The notes under the pieces: generated by a model
What the model was told of the DNA's origin: nothing
Databases searched by the model: none
The model's input: the letters and a program-made list of their open reading frames with translations, nothing else
IMG/VR virus record: IMGVR_UViG_3300037882_001770
Coordinates: 62,001-126,000 of that record
DNA length: 64,000 nucleotides
Strand: one strand, 5' to 3'
Program-made: the position numbers and the translations under genes
Shown: positions 27,201 through 35,458 of the stretch, in pieces
How positions within the stretch are numbered: the stretch's first letter is position 1
Layout: the number at the start of each line of letters is the position of its first letter

Positions 27201-29917
27201 TTGCTGGTGGAAACATCTCCACAGCCGGATTAGTAACTGCCACAGGTAACATCAATTCGGGCGCTAACATCGTGGCCACTGCCAATGTGATTGGTGGAAA
27301 CATCTCAACTGCTGGACTAGTAACTGCCACAGGTAACATCAATTCGGGCGCTAACATCGTGGCCACTGCCAATGTAATTGGTGGTAACTTGATCACTGCA
27401 GGTGTTGCTACGGTAACAGGTAACATCAATTCAGATGCCAATATTGTGGCAACCGCCAATGTAATTGGTGGTAATATCTCAACTGCTGGATTAGTAACTG
27501 CCACAGGCAATGTCACAGGTGGTAACTTGATCACTGCAGGTGTTGCTACTGTAACAGGCAACATCAATTCGGGTGCTAACATCGTGGCCACTGCCAATGT
27601 AATTGGTGGAAACATCTCAACTGCTGGATTAGTAACTGCCACAGGTAATGTCACCGGCGGCAATATCAACACAGCCGGATTGGCTAGCGTCACAGGCAAC
27701 GTAATTGGTGGTAATATCTCAACTGCTGGATTGGTCAATGCCACAGGCAATATCACCGGCGGTAACATAATTGGAAACACCAGTGGTAAATTTGGTAATA
27801 TTGTAATCTCAGGCGATGACATCACCGACACAAACGGTCGAGTCAATATCAACACCGCCGGAGCCGATGTTGACTTTGCAGTCAACGGTGACACAGTAGC
27901 CAATGTGTTTTACGTTGACGCCGGAACAGGCACAGCTAGCTTTGGTACAGCTACACAAACTACCAATGCACTGGTATCATTTAATACACCAACATCAGTG
28001 TTGATGCCAGTGGGTAATACACTGCAACGTCCAAGCGTGGGCGTCACAGGTATGCTGCGTTTTAACACCACTGATAACAATTTTGAAGTATACGATAACT
28101 CAGCCTGGACCGCAGTTGGTGTTCCGGAGTTTACAGTTATTGCAGACAGTCAGTTCAATGGTGACGGATCAACTGTTGCGTTTACAATCCTTGCAGATCA
28201 AACAACCAATAGCTGTATTGTAAGTATCAACGGTGTGGTACAGATTCCAGTTACTGCATACTCTGTGTCTGGCACTACTTTGACATTTACAGAAGCTCCG
28301 CTAGCAGGCGACGTCATTGATGTACGTCAAATTACTAGTACTACCACAGTTACCGCTCTCAGCAACAGCAGCGGCAATGCCGAAGTCAGCGTGAGTGATA
28401 CTGATTCAATAGTAAACATTCGTGGCAATTTAGTTCCAATTGCTAGTAACACATACAGCCTTGGAAATGCAACACACAGCTGGGATAGTTTGTATGTAGC
28501 TGGTAATACAATTTATCTAGGCACATTACAGCTCAAACAAGCAAGTGCAGACACCTTTGCAGTTTACACCGCTGATGGTATAACTGCAGCCAACATTGAC
28601 GTGGGCAGTATTGACGTTCAGTCTATCACACAAGGGACCAGTGCAATTGGTATTGCTGGCAACAACGGCAATGCTTATATCACAGTGGGCGGAACAGCCA
28701 ATGTGGTTGTAACAGCAACCACTGGACAGTTTGTAACTGGAATACAGTCGGTTACTGGCAACATCACTGGCGGCAACATCAGTACAGCGGGACTAATAAC
28801 AGCCGTGGGTAACGTAACGGGCGGCAATATCAGAACCGGCGGACTAATCAGCGCTACTGGCAACATAACCGGTGCCAACTTGAGCATAACAGCAGATGCA
28901 GTAATTACCGGAAACTTAACAGTTAACGGTACCACTACCACAATCAACTCCAACACAATTACCACTAACGACAAGGCCATTACATTAGGTAACAATCAAT
29001 CAACTGGGTCTGCGTTGGATGGTTCTGGAATTGATGTTGGTAGCAACTCACTGGCAACATGGAAATTCAACAACGCAACTACTAGCTGGCAAAGCAATAT
29101 TGGTATTACACCAAGTGCCAATGCTACACTTTCCTTGGGCGGCACAAGTAATTATTGGGGAACTCTGTATGCCAATGCAGTTATAGTGGCCACAACAGCA
29201 GGAGTAACAGGCAATATCACCGGCGGAAATATATTAACAGCTGGATTGATCAGTGCAACTGGCACTATTACTGGCACAGGTAATATCACCGGCGGCAATA
29301 TCAACACAGCCGGATTGGCTAGTATTACTGGTAATGTAATTGGTGGTAATATCTCAACTGCTGGATTGATCAGTGCAACTGGCTCCATTACTGGTGCAGC
29401 TATAACAGGCTCAAGCCTAACAGTGGGCACCGGTAACGTAACAGCGGGCAACATTGTCAATGGCAATGCCAATGGAGTGGGTAATATTGGTAGTTCAACC
29501 ACATACTATAATACTGTATTTGCCAAAGCAACTTCGGCACAATATGCCGACCTGGCAGAAAAATATGTAGCTGATGCCGAATATGCTCCTGGTACGGTAG
29601 TGATATTTGGCGGCTCAGCAGAAGTCACTGTTAATGCGACAGATGCGGACCGTAGGGTTGCTGGGGTAGTATCTACAAATCCAAGCTACATCATGAACGG
29701 TGGGTTAGAAGCCGACTACGTGGCAACTGTGGCGTTAACTGGACGTGTACCGTGTTTTGTAATTGGCCCAGTTAAGAAAGGTGACATGATAGTTGCTGCT
29801 GGGTTAGGCCGTGCTAGAGCCGAGCAAGATCCACGAGTTGGTACTGTAATCGGTAAAGCACTTGAAGATTTTGATGGTATCGAAGGCACAATTGAAGTTG
29901 TGGTAGGTCGATTCTAA
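24269..29917 (+). CDS. Long tail fibre/adhesin (1882 aa) with repeat stalks and C-terminal chaperone-type domain
   Basis: Dozens of TGN(I/V)TGGN(I/L)xTAGL repeats; ends with YADLAEKY...VALTGRVPC...IGKA...IEVVVGR. Confidence 0.85.
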   Translation: MAVTRIKNNQITDATVVASAKLVDYSITAGKIANNLTYGSDLTIAGNLTVNGNTTTIDTTVVTVEDPMISLAYNQSGSPTLDIGWIGVRGTANNVAFIWDESALEFAAAFTTDDIGNTTISLIGYANLHVLNANVAGNISIGGNVDITGNITSINVTGNITGGNLNTPGLASVVGNVIGGNISTAGLITAVGNINSGANIVATANVIGGNISTAGLITAAGNILTSGIVTATGNVTGGNLLTGGLISATGNINSDANIVATANVIGGNVSTAGLVTATGNVTGGNLLTGGLISATGNINGGNLYSAGTVTAVGNITAPYFIGNIIGNVDAAGANTQVQFNDSDILAGSAGFTFDKTANLVTVTGNIQGGNLRTAGLASVTGNINSDANIVATANVIGGNISTAGLVTATGNVTGGNLITTGVATVTGNINSDANIVATANVIGGNISTAGLITATGNVTGGNLITTGVATVTGNINSGANVIVAANVIGGNISTAGLVTATGNITGGNLRSAVITSPSSDITITSDSANANVVITPKGTGNVVLNNAYINNLRDPILAQDAASKQYVDDAVSSGITIHTPVRVESPTALNGTYAQGGTTATVTSTVAGNTVVFGSAISPQVNDQYWFTSSFSGILANTPYFVVSAPNTSAAVLSITYSGAPVTDITSATGLTQPVRINSGVGATLTNAGANATLVIDGVTLSNTNRVLIYQQANAVHNGVYVVSEAGNATTAWQLTRSDDMNTYAPDDLNGLDAGDYFYVQEGDTGAGESYVMTAPVGPTIIGYANLTFTQFSASQVYSANTSAGLSLIGTVFSAKVDNNTTAFDGGGNIIVKAGANLTTPNIGAATGTSLSVTGNITGSNVVATNGFFGNVNLTGDIVVNSLTANTFVSATGNVIGGNISTAGLVTATGNVTGSNLITGGLVTATGNVTGGNLITAGLITATGNVTGNNVTALNQLGAATLSLSGNVTSALNVTGNIAGGNISTAGLVTATGNINSGANIVATANVIGGNISTAGLVTATGNINSGANIVATANVIGGNLITAGVATVTGNINSDANIVATANVIGGNISTAGLVTATGNVTGGNLITAGVATVTGNINSGANIVATANVIGGNISTAGLVTATGNVTGGNINTAGLASVTGNVIGGNISTAGLVNATGNITGGNIIGNTSGKFGNIVISGDDITDTNGRVNINTAGADVDFAVNGDTVANVFYVDAGTGTASFGTATQTTNALVSFNTPTSVLMPVGNTLQRPSVGVTGMLRFNTTDNNFEVYDNSAWTAVGVPEFTVIADSQFNGDGSTVAFTILADQTTNSCIVSINGVVQIPVTAYSVSGTTLTFTEAPLAGDVIDVRQITSTTTVTALSNSSGNAEVSVSDTDSIVNIRGNLVPIASNTYSLGNATHSWDSLYVAGNTIYLGTLQLKQASADTFAVYTADGITAANIDVGSIDVQSITQGTSAIGIAGNNGNAYITVGGTANVVVTATTGQFVTGIQSVTGNITGGNISTAGLITAVGNVTGGNIRTGGLISATGNITGANLSITADAVITGNLTVNGTTTTINSNTITTNDKAITLGNNQSTGSALDGSGIDVGSNSLATWKFNNATTSWQSNIGITPSANATLSLGGTSNYWGTLYANAVIVATTAGVTGNITGGNILTAGLISATGTITGTGNITGGNINTAGLASITGNVIGGNISTAGLISATGSITGAAITGSSLTVGTGNVTAGNIVNGNANGVGNIGSSTTYYNTVFAKATSAQYADLAEKYVADAEYAPGTVVIFGGSAEVTVNATDADRRVAGVVSTNPSYIMNGGLEADYVATVALTGRVPCFVIGPVKKGDMIVAAGLGRARAEQDPRVGTVIGKALEDFDGIEGTIEVVVGRF
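24700..25800 (+). repeat. Coding tandem repeat tract 1 in the long fibre (approximate limits)
   Basis: Near-identical copies of GGTAACATCAATTCAGATGCCAATATTGTGGCAACTGCCAACGTG. Confidence 0.8.
26820..27770 (+). repeat. Coding tandem repeat tract 2 in the long fibre (approximate limits)
   Basis: Includes an 87-nt-period duplication starting at 27239 and 27326. Confidence 0.8.
29447..29541 (+). repeat. 95-bp block identical to 32034-32128
   Basis: GGCAACATTGTCAATGG...GCAACTTCGGCACA compared base by base. Confidence 0.9.
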
Positions 29918-29931
29918 ACAAAAACTCTGCC

Positions 29932-29963
29932 AAAATAGGACTCCTACGGAGTCCTATTTTTTT
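29932..29963 (+). terminator. Intrinsic terminator, potentially bidirectional
   Basis: AAAATAGGACTCC-TAC-GGAGTCCTATTTTTTT. Confidence 0.85.
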
Positions 29964-29993
29964 GACTAAATATTTCATGCTAATGGATATATC

Positions 29994-31112
29994 ATGGGAT
30001 TAACTAGACTTCGGGCCGAGCAGATATCAGACATAGACTATAAACAGGCTGTGCGTGTGATTGCGGTGGCCAATGTCACATTGATAGGAGGAGCGCCTAG
30101 CCAAGTCGACGGCGTGGCTGTTAGCATAGGTGATAGAATTTTAGTAAATGGTCAACTTACTGGAAGCCAAAACGGGATTTATCAAGTACAAACTGTAGGG
30201 TCAGGGTCAACCGGTACGTGGATTCGTGCTGCAGATACCAATACTACCGGTGAATTGGAAGCGGGGACTATTGTTATGGTCACCGAAGGCACAGTTTATA
30301 AAGATACGCAGTGGAAGTTGACCACCAACAATCCTATCATAATCGGGACCACAAGTCTTACCTTTGAGCAGAATTCGGCTTTTGCTTTTGGTAATATATT
30401 TGCTAATAGCACCGCAGTTCTGGCTAACACAGTGGGGGATGTTCTTACTCTAACAGCCGGCAACAACATACAAATTACTGGTAACAATACTAACAAATCT
30501 GTGTCTATCGGAGTTACAGGCCTTAGCATCAACTCGATAGCTAACGGTACGTCTAACGTAAATGTGGTTAGTGCAGGTGGCAACGTCACAGTGGGGGTGG
30601 CTGGTACCAGTAATGTAGTAGTGGTTTCTGCATCGGGCATGAACATCTCCGGAAATCTTATTACTACCGCAGTTGCGTCAGACTTGGTTCCTAGTGTTGA
30701 TATTGGATTTAGTTTGGGCAACGTCACCAACCGGTGGGCAAACTTATATCTATCAGGCAATACAATTTATCTTGGTAATAGTATTATTACTGAAACCGCC
30801 AATGGTGACATTGTTATTGAAAACGCTGGCAGTTTTGCGGTGCCAGTCGGAAACACCGCACAACGAAGCGAAGTTCAGGGAGCTATACGATTCAATACCA
30901 CCATTAACGCATTTGAAACCTACGACGGCGCTGGGTGGAATACTGTGGCATATGGCAATGCCAGCGATTTTCCATTTGGAGAATACGGCGATTTATCTGA
31001 AAATAACAGCGACGCATTTGGAATTAGCACTGTAGAATCATTTGACTGTAACAACGAAGGCACTATTGTGGTTGTCAATTTGGGTGCCGGGGAAGCGTAC
31101 CTGGGTGCATAA
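29994..31112 (+). CDS. Tail fibre protein
   Basis: DYKQAVRV...VDGV...GDRILV...QNGIY domain; VPVGNTAQR...GAIRFNT module. Confidence 0.7.
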   Translation: MGLTRLRAEQISDIDYKQAVRVIAVANVTLIGGAPSQVDGVAVSIGDRILVNGQLTGSQNGIYQVQTVGSGSTGTWIRAADTNTTGELEAGTIVMVTEGTVYKDTQWKLTTNNPIIIGTTSLTFEQNSAFAFGNIFANSTAVLANTVGDVLTLTAGNNIQITGNNTNKSVSIGVTGLSINSIANGTSNVNVVSAGGNVTVGVAGTSNVVVVSASGMNISGNLITTAVASDLVPSVDIGFSLGNVTNRWANLYLSGNTIYLGNSIITETANGDIVIENAGSFAVPVGNTAQRSEVQGAIRFNTTINAFETYDGAGWNTVAYGNASDFPFGEYGDLSENNSDAFGISTVESFDCNNEGTIVVVNLGAGEAYLGA

Positions 31113-31133
31113 ATATAAGATACAGGGGAAATC

Positions 31134-32516
31134 ATGCCAACAGTAGTGCAATTTAGACGTGGAAACACCACACAAAATAACAACTTCACCGGAGCAATTG
31201 GTGAGATATCCGTGGACACCACTCTGAATGTTCTACGAGTTGCAGACGGATCCACAGCTGGCGGATTTGCATTAGTTGGCCAATCTGCATCACAAACAAT
31301 AACAAATAAAATATATCAAGGATCGATTGTAAGTGTTACTGGTAATATCACAAGCGGAAATTTGCTAGTCAATACAGACGCAGTTATTACAGGAAATCTA
31401 ACAGTAAATGGCACAACAATCACAGTAAACAGTAACACTGTCACAATTAACGATAAGTTTATCAATGTTGCTAATAATGCTAGTACAAGTACATTGGCCG
31501 ATGGCGGTGGTATTGGAGTTGGCCCAGTGGGCGCAGAATATGCCAAGTTAGAGTATGATCAGGCAACCAATACATGGAACACTAATATAGGTATCTCTAT
31601 AACTGGTAATCTTAGTGCAACTGGCAACATCACAGGCGGTAATTTTGTAGGAACACTTAATGGGTCAGGCGCAAATGTAACGGCTATCAGTGCCACAAAT
31701 ATTTCTAGTGGTACTTTGAACCAGGCAAGATTGGCTAACTCTGCTGTAACATTGGGAAGCACATCACTGGTACTAGGTGCCACAGTCACAACAATAGCTG
31801 GCTTAACTAGTATAACAAGTAATACATTTGTTGGTGCATTAACTGGGGCGGCTACCACAGCCGGTACGGTAACCACAGCGGCGCAACCAAATATTACTAG
31901 CGTTGGTACGCTAACGACTGTCAGCGTAACAGGCAATGTCACTGGCGGTAATGTTCGAACAGCTGGATTGATCAGTGCAACTGGCTCCATTACTGGTTCT
32001 AGTTTAACAGTAGGCACAGGCAACATAACCGCAGGCAACATTGTCAATGGCAATGCCAATGGAGTGGGTAATATTGGTAGTTCAACCACATACTATAATA
32101 CTGTATTTGCCAAAGCAACTTCGGCACAGTACGCCGACCTGGCAGAGATGTATGTAGCTGATCAAAATTATTTGCCTGGCACCGTGGTGATATTTGGCGG
32201 CTCACACGAAATTACATCCGCAACGCATACACATAGTGCGCAAATTGCTGGAGTAATCTCAACCAATCCAAGTTATCTAATGAATAGTGCGCAAGAAGGA
32301 GCACATGTCTTGCCAGTAGCATTAACTGGCCGTGTTCCTTGTCAAGTAGTTGGTACAATAGCCAAGGGCGATAGATTGGTTGCTAGTAATTTACCTGGAG
32401 TTGCAACAGCATTAGACATGTTGCAATATCAACCCGGCTGTATCATTGGCAAGGCTATAGAAACATACAATTCTTTAGACGTTGGCGTTATTGAAGTGGT
32501 CGTTGGAAGATTATAA
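31134..32516 (+). CDS. Tail fibre protein with Mtd_N-like N-terminus and chaperone-type C-terminus
   Basis: VQFRRGNTTQNNNFTGAIGEISVDT; YADLAEMY...LTGRVPCQV...IEVVVGR. Confidence 0.75.
   Translation: MPTVVQFRRGNTTQNNNFTGAIGEISVDTTLNVLRVADGSTAGGFALVGQSASQTITNKIYQGSIVSVTGNITSGNLLVNTDAVITGNLTVNGTTITVNSNTVTINDKFINVANNASTSTLADGGGIGVGPVGAEYAKLEYDQATNTWNTNIGISITGNLSATGNITGGNFVGTLNGSGANVTAISATNISSGTLNQARLANSAVTLGSTSLVLGATVTTIAGLTSITSNTFVGALTGAATTAGTVTTAAQPNITSVGTLTTVSVTGNVTGGNVRTAGLISATGSITGSSLTVGTGNITAGNIVNGNANGVGNIGSSTTYYNTVFAKATSAQYADLAEMYVADQNYLPGTVVIFGGSHEITSATHTHSAQIAGVISTNPSYLMNSAQEGAHVLPVALTGRVPCQVVGTIAKGDRLVASNLPGVATALDMLQYQPGCIIGKAIETYNSLDVGVIEVVVGRL
32034..32128 (+). repeat. 95-bp block identical to 29447-29541
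   Basis: Direct comparison. Confidence 0.9.
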
Positions 32517-33178
32517 TGCAAGCGCGGTATCGACAAGAATACCCAGGTGAATTTGTTGTGTTGCGTACTACATGGTCTGCTGGAAAAAAACAACAAGAGC
32601 GAGAGTGGATTGACAACCCAATTGAAAATCAACATCTTAGTCATCGTGCTGCATGTATAGGAACCAATTCAGACCTAGCAAGACTTGACCACACCCGCTT
32701 ACAAACGCATCGCGGGGGTTTGTTAGGTAGTAAAAAATTGCAAACGTACGGAACCGGAGACATTGCCTTGACCATGCGATTAGACTTTGCAGTTGAGCTG
32801 GATAATGAAAAATTGCAACAACTGAAAGCATTGCAGTACACCGAGCACAATATTGTATATACTAACACCAAGTTGTGTATTGCAAATCCGGGGTCTTGTT
32901 ATCTTATCCCCTACACACCAAATTTACAAACTGAAGTTGTGCCAATATATCTGGCAGCGTTTGACGGCCATCATGAAATTTTTCTAATAGGTTACAACAA
33001 CGATTCCTCAATTGCCAGCACAGGTTGGATTTCTCAGGTGGCCACAATTATGACTGCTTATTCAGGTACAAAGTTTTTTGTAGTTGGAACAAAATCTAAT
33101 ATTCCACCAAGCTGGTTTGATTGTCCAAATGTAGAACACATGGACTATAGGAAATTTATCACATATTGCGACGTTTAG
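32516..33178 (+). CDS. Divergent CstII/Maf-like protein, probable paralogue of 21205..21792
   Basis: AACIGTNSD, QTYG...LDFAV, IYLAAFDGHHEIFLIGY and KFFVVG match the same scaffold. Confidence 0.5.
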   Translation: MQARYRQEYPGEFVVLRTTWSAGKKQQEREWIDNPIENQHLSHRAACIGTNSDLARLDHTRLQTHRGGLLGSKKLQTYGTGDIALTMRLDFAVELDNEKLQQLKALQYTEHNIVYTNTKLCIANPGSCYLIPYTPNLQTEVVPIYLAAFDGHHEIFLIGYNNDSSIASTGWISQVATIMTAYSGTKFFVVGTKSNIPPSWFDCPNVEHMDYRKFITYCDV

Positions 33179-33603
33179 ATCAGCTGTTCAACAGACTGAA
33201 TTTTATTTTGCACCGCTTCAAAATTTACAGTACTCCATAATCCGGGATGCATAGGTTTTGGCCACACACCAGAATTTAACCAAGCCCAACCACAGTGTTC
33301 GTCATTTAACACAGGAATAAATTCAGAGGCTACACTACAAAAAAATGTATGGTACGCAAACCCGTGATCTGAAGTGGTGAATTTTTCTAACGGAATTAAT
33401 TTTAAATATGCAGGCATTGTGCCCAACTCTTCGGTGCATTCTCTAGTGATGGCGTCCATCAGTGTTTCGCCCGCATCAATCTTGCCACCCGGTAATCCCC
33501 AAGCACCCGGATGTTTAGGATCATTGCGCATAAGATATAGATATCGACCAGTGTTGACTGAGTAAAACCAAACACCTACTGCATTTACAGAACTAGGTTC
33601 CAT
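33175..33603 (-). CDS. Nudix hydrolase
   Basis: WGLPGGKIDAGETLMDAITRECTEELG Nudix box; start reassigned to MEPSSV. Confidence 0.9.
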   Translation of the reverse strand: MEPSSVNAVGVWFYSVNTGRYLYLMRNDPKHPGAWGLPGGKIDAGETLMDAITRECTEELGTMPAYLKLIPLEKFTTSDHGFAYHTFFCSVASEFIPVLNDEHCGWAWLNSGVWPKPMHPGLWSTVNFEAVQNKIQSVEQLI

Positions 33604-34979
33604 GTACCTCCTGGGTATAGTCCTTGGTAACTCTTGACCCATGATGTCCCGTTCCACTCGTATTGTATACTGGTTGTTATATTGGTCACATATTGTACAT
33701 TGTTGGGACTAGAAACAGCTTCAAATGCCACGACCCATTTAGTTCCATCATACTCAATTATATCATTAGCAGATGCAACCAACGGTTGTCCTACATTTCC
33801 AGCCCATGCATCTGCATACCCGTTGTCACTTCCGGTGTCTTCGGTAATCAAATAACGCTGACCCACTGTCGCCGGAACAAGCCCAGCACCAGGCCCACTT
33901 CTTAACGGATCAATTACAGCATTGACTGGTGGTAACGTATTTTGTGGTACAGTGTCTTCGTCAATAGTAAACAGTAAAAACCGATCATCAGTAGGATCAA
34001 ACGCCACGGTGCCAACTACTTCGGTACCATCATCTTGCTCGAGACGTATTAAACTAACACCGGGCCGTAGTACTCCATACATGCCAATGACAGCTGACCA
34101 TAGCAAATTGCTTGGGGGACTGTCGGGCGGAGTAAGACTGGAATTTGGTTCGTCAACAACCTGTTGTGGACGTAACACCTGTAACTTGTTGCCAATCAAC
34201 AAAGCCTGGTACGAATAAGGTGTAAACACCTGTCGAGTGCCCAACAACAAATCATTGTCCAGCACAGCATTTGACGCATCGCCCTGCGCATCAAACACAT
34301 TGGCAATAATACGCTCAACTACACCCAACTTCTTGACCTTGGCCGGACTTGAGATCCAGATAGGCAACGCAAACGTTAAGGTAGCAATATCAATTGGGTC
34401 GTCTGTGCCCATTGGAATGACCCGGTTGGTCCACTGTACACTTTCTAGTTCAACTACACTAAGACTGGTCCAGTCAATGTAATTGTCAGTACTTTGTATT
34501 TCCAGTGCTGGATTAAATAACACCAAAATTTGTTCTAGCAATTGCATTTTTTGATTAGTGTTACTGGTCCATATATCCAATTTCATTGTCAGTTTGTAAG
34601 GAACCGGCATTAGTCGTTCAATAGTAAATGCGTTGCCTTGCGTGGTTTCGTAGGTGTCGGTGGTATCGTCGTAGGTTCGTTGTCTAACTGCTATTCTACT
34701 CACAAAATTTGGTTCTTGCATTCTAGGACGATCGTAATCCAATCCGGTGATGTAAAATGTCATCTGCGGAGTTGATGGCATAGTGCTGGACGAATTATTT
34801 TGCAATACAGTTTGCGCTTGTCTAGACCAATCACCATATTTTACTGGAACCCGAACCAGTGTGTGTTCGGTGCCCTCTTCGTTGCGTCCATACTCAACTG
34901 CAAAGTTACTAAAAATTCTAGCAAACTGTAACATGAAACGACGTATTTGTTCATCGTAGAAAAAATTAGTGAGAGCCAT
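33585..34979 (-). CDS. Tail completion/sheath stabiliser gp15 with C-terminal extension
   Basis: FFYDEQIRRF, VPVKYG, MPVPYKL...DIWT...QILVLFNP. Confidence 0.85.
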   Translation of the reverse strand: MALTNFFYDEQIRRFMLQFARIFSNFAVEYGRNEEGTEHTLVRVPVKYGDWSRQAQTVLQNNSSSTMPSTPQMTFYITGLDYDRPRMQEPNFVSRIAVRQRTYDDTTDTYETTQGNAFTIERLMPVPYKLTMKLDIWTSNTNQKMQLLEQILVLFNPALEIQSTDNYIDWTSLSVVELESVQWTNRVIPMGTDDPIDIATLTFALPIWISSPAKVKKLGVVERIIANVFDAQGDASNAVLDNDLLLGTRQVFTPYSYQALLIGNKLQVLRPQQVVDEPNSSLTPPDSPPSNLLWSAVIGMYGVLRPGVSLIRLEQDDGTEVVGTVAFDPTDDRFLLFTIDEDTVPQNTLPPVNAVIDPLRSGPGAGLVPATVGQRYLITEDTGSDNGYADAWAGNVGQPLVASANDIIEYDGTKWVVAFEAVSSPNNVQYVTNITTSIQYEWNGTSWVKSYQGLYPGGTWNLVL

Positions 34980-35458
34980 TATAGTTCTCCTCTTTTACGA
35001 GCTTCTCGTGTGTAGGCAGATTGACTCATCAAAATTTTTGTATCGTCGTTGTGCATTTTGCCTTTCATTGCTCCACCGTCTCTACGTTTCCATCCGCCAA
35101 TGGTATTAGTTGCATGACGTAATTTTTGAACTTGGCGCATCTTCTCAATGCTTTCTGCACTATGTTTTTTATTGCCGCCGGTTTCTCGATTATTATACAA
35201 AATAATTCCTTGTTCTTTTAATTTATTCGCCCACAAAGTTTCTAACTCATTAAGGCGTTCAATTGTATCGGCTTGATCAACGACTTTCCAGATAAAGTTT
35301 TTAACACCGTGTTTACGCATACTATCATACAAATGGCTTTTTTTGCCTTTACGCATCATATCACAGTGAGCATACCAACGCATTTTAGCATTTGCCTGTA
35401 TTGTTTGGCCTACATACATCTTACCATTGACAAGATTTTTAACAGTATAAATGTACAT
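34979..35458 (-). mobile_element. Free-standing GIY-YIG homing endonuclease (NUMOD3-like)
   Basis: YIYTVKNLVNGKMYVGQT, YNNRETGG, HSAESIEKMR; TAATG overlaps at both ends. Confidence 0.85.

Noticed and set aside
24640-29502. Long minus-strand ORFs over the fibre genes (LPPVTLPV repeats)
   Set aside because: Antisense shadows of the GGN/ACN/AAY-rich repeat codons, with no promoters or RBS.
29360-32200. Diversity-generating retroelement (TR/VR pair) in the fibre tips
   Set aside because: Both copies are coding, the differences are not confined to adenines, and there is no reverse transcriptase in the window.
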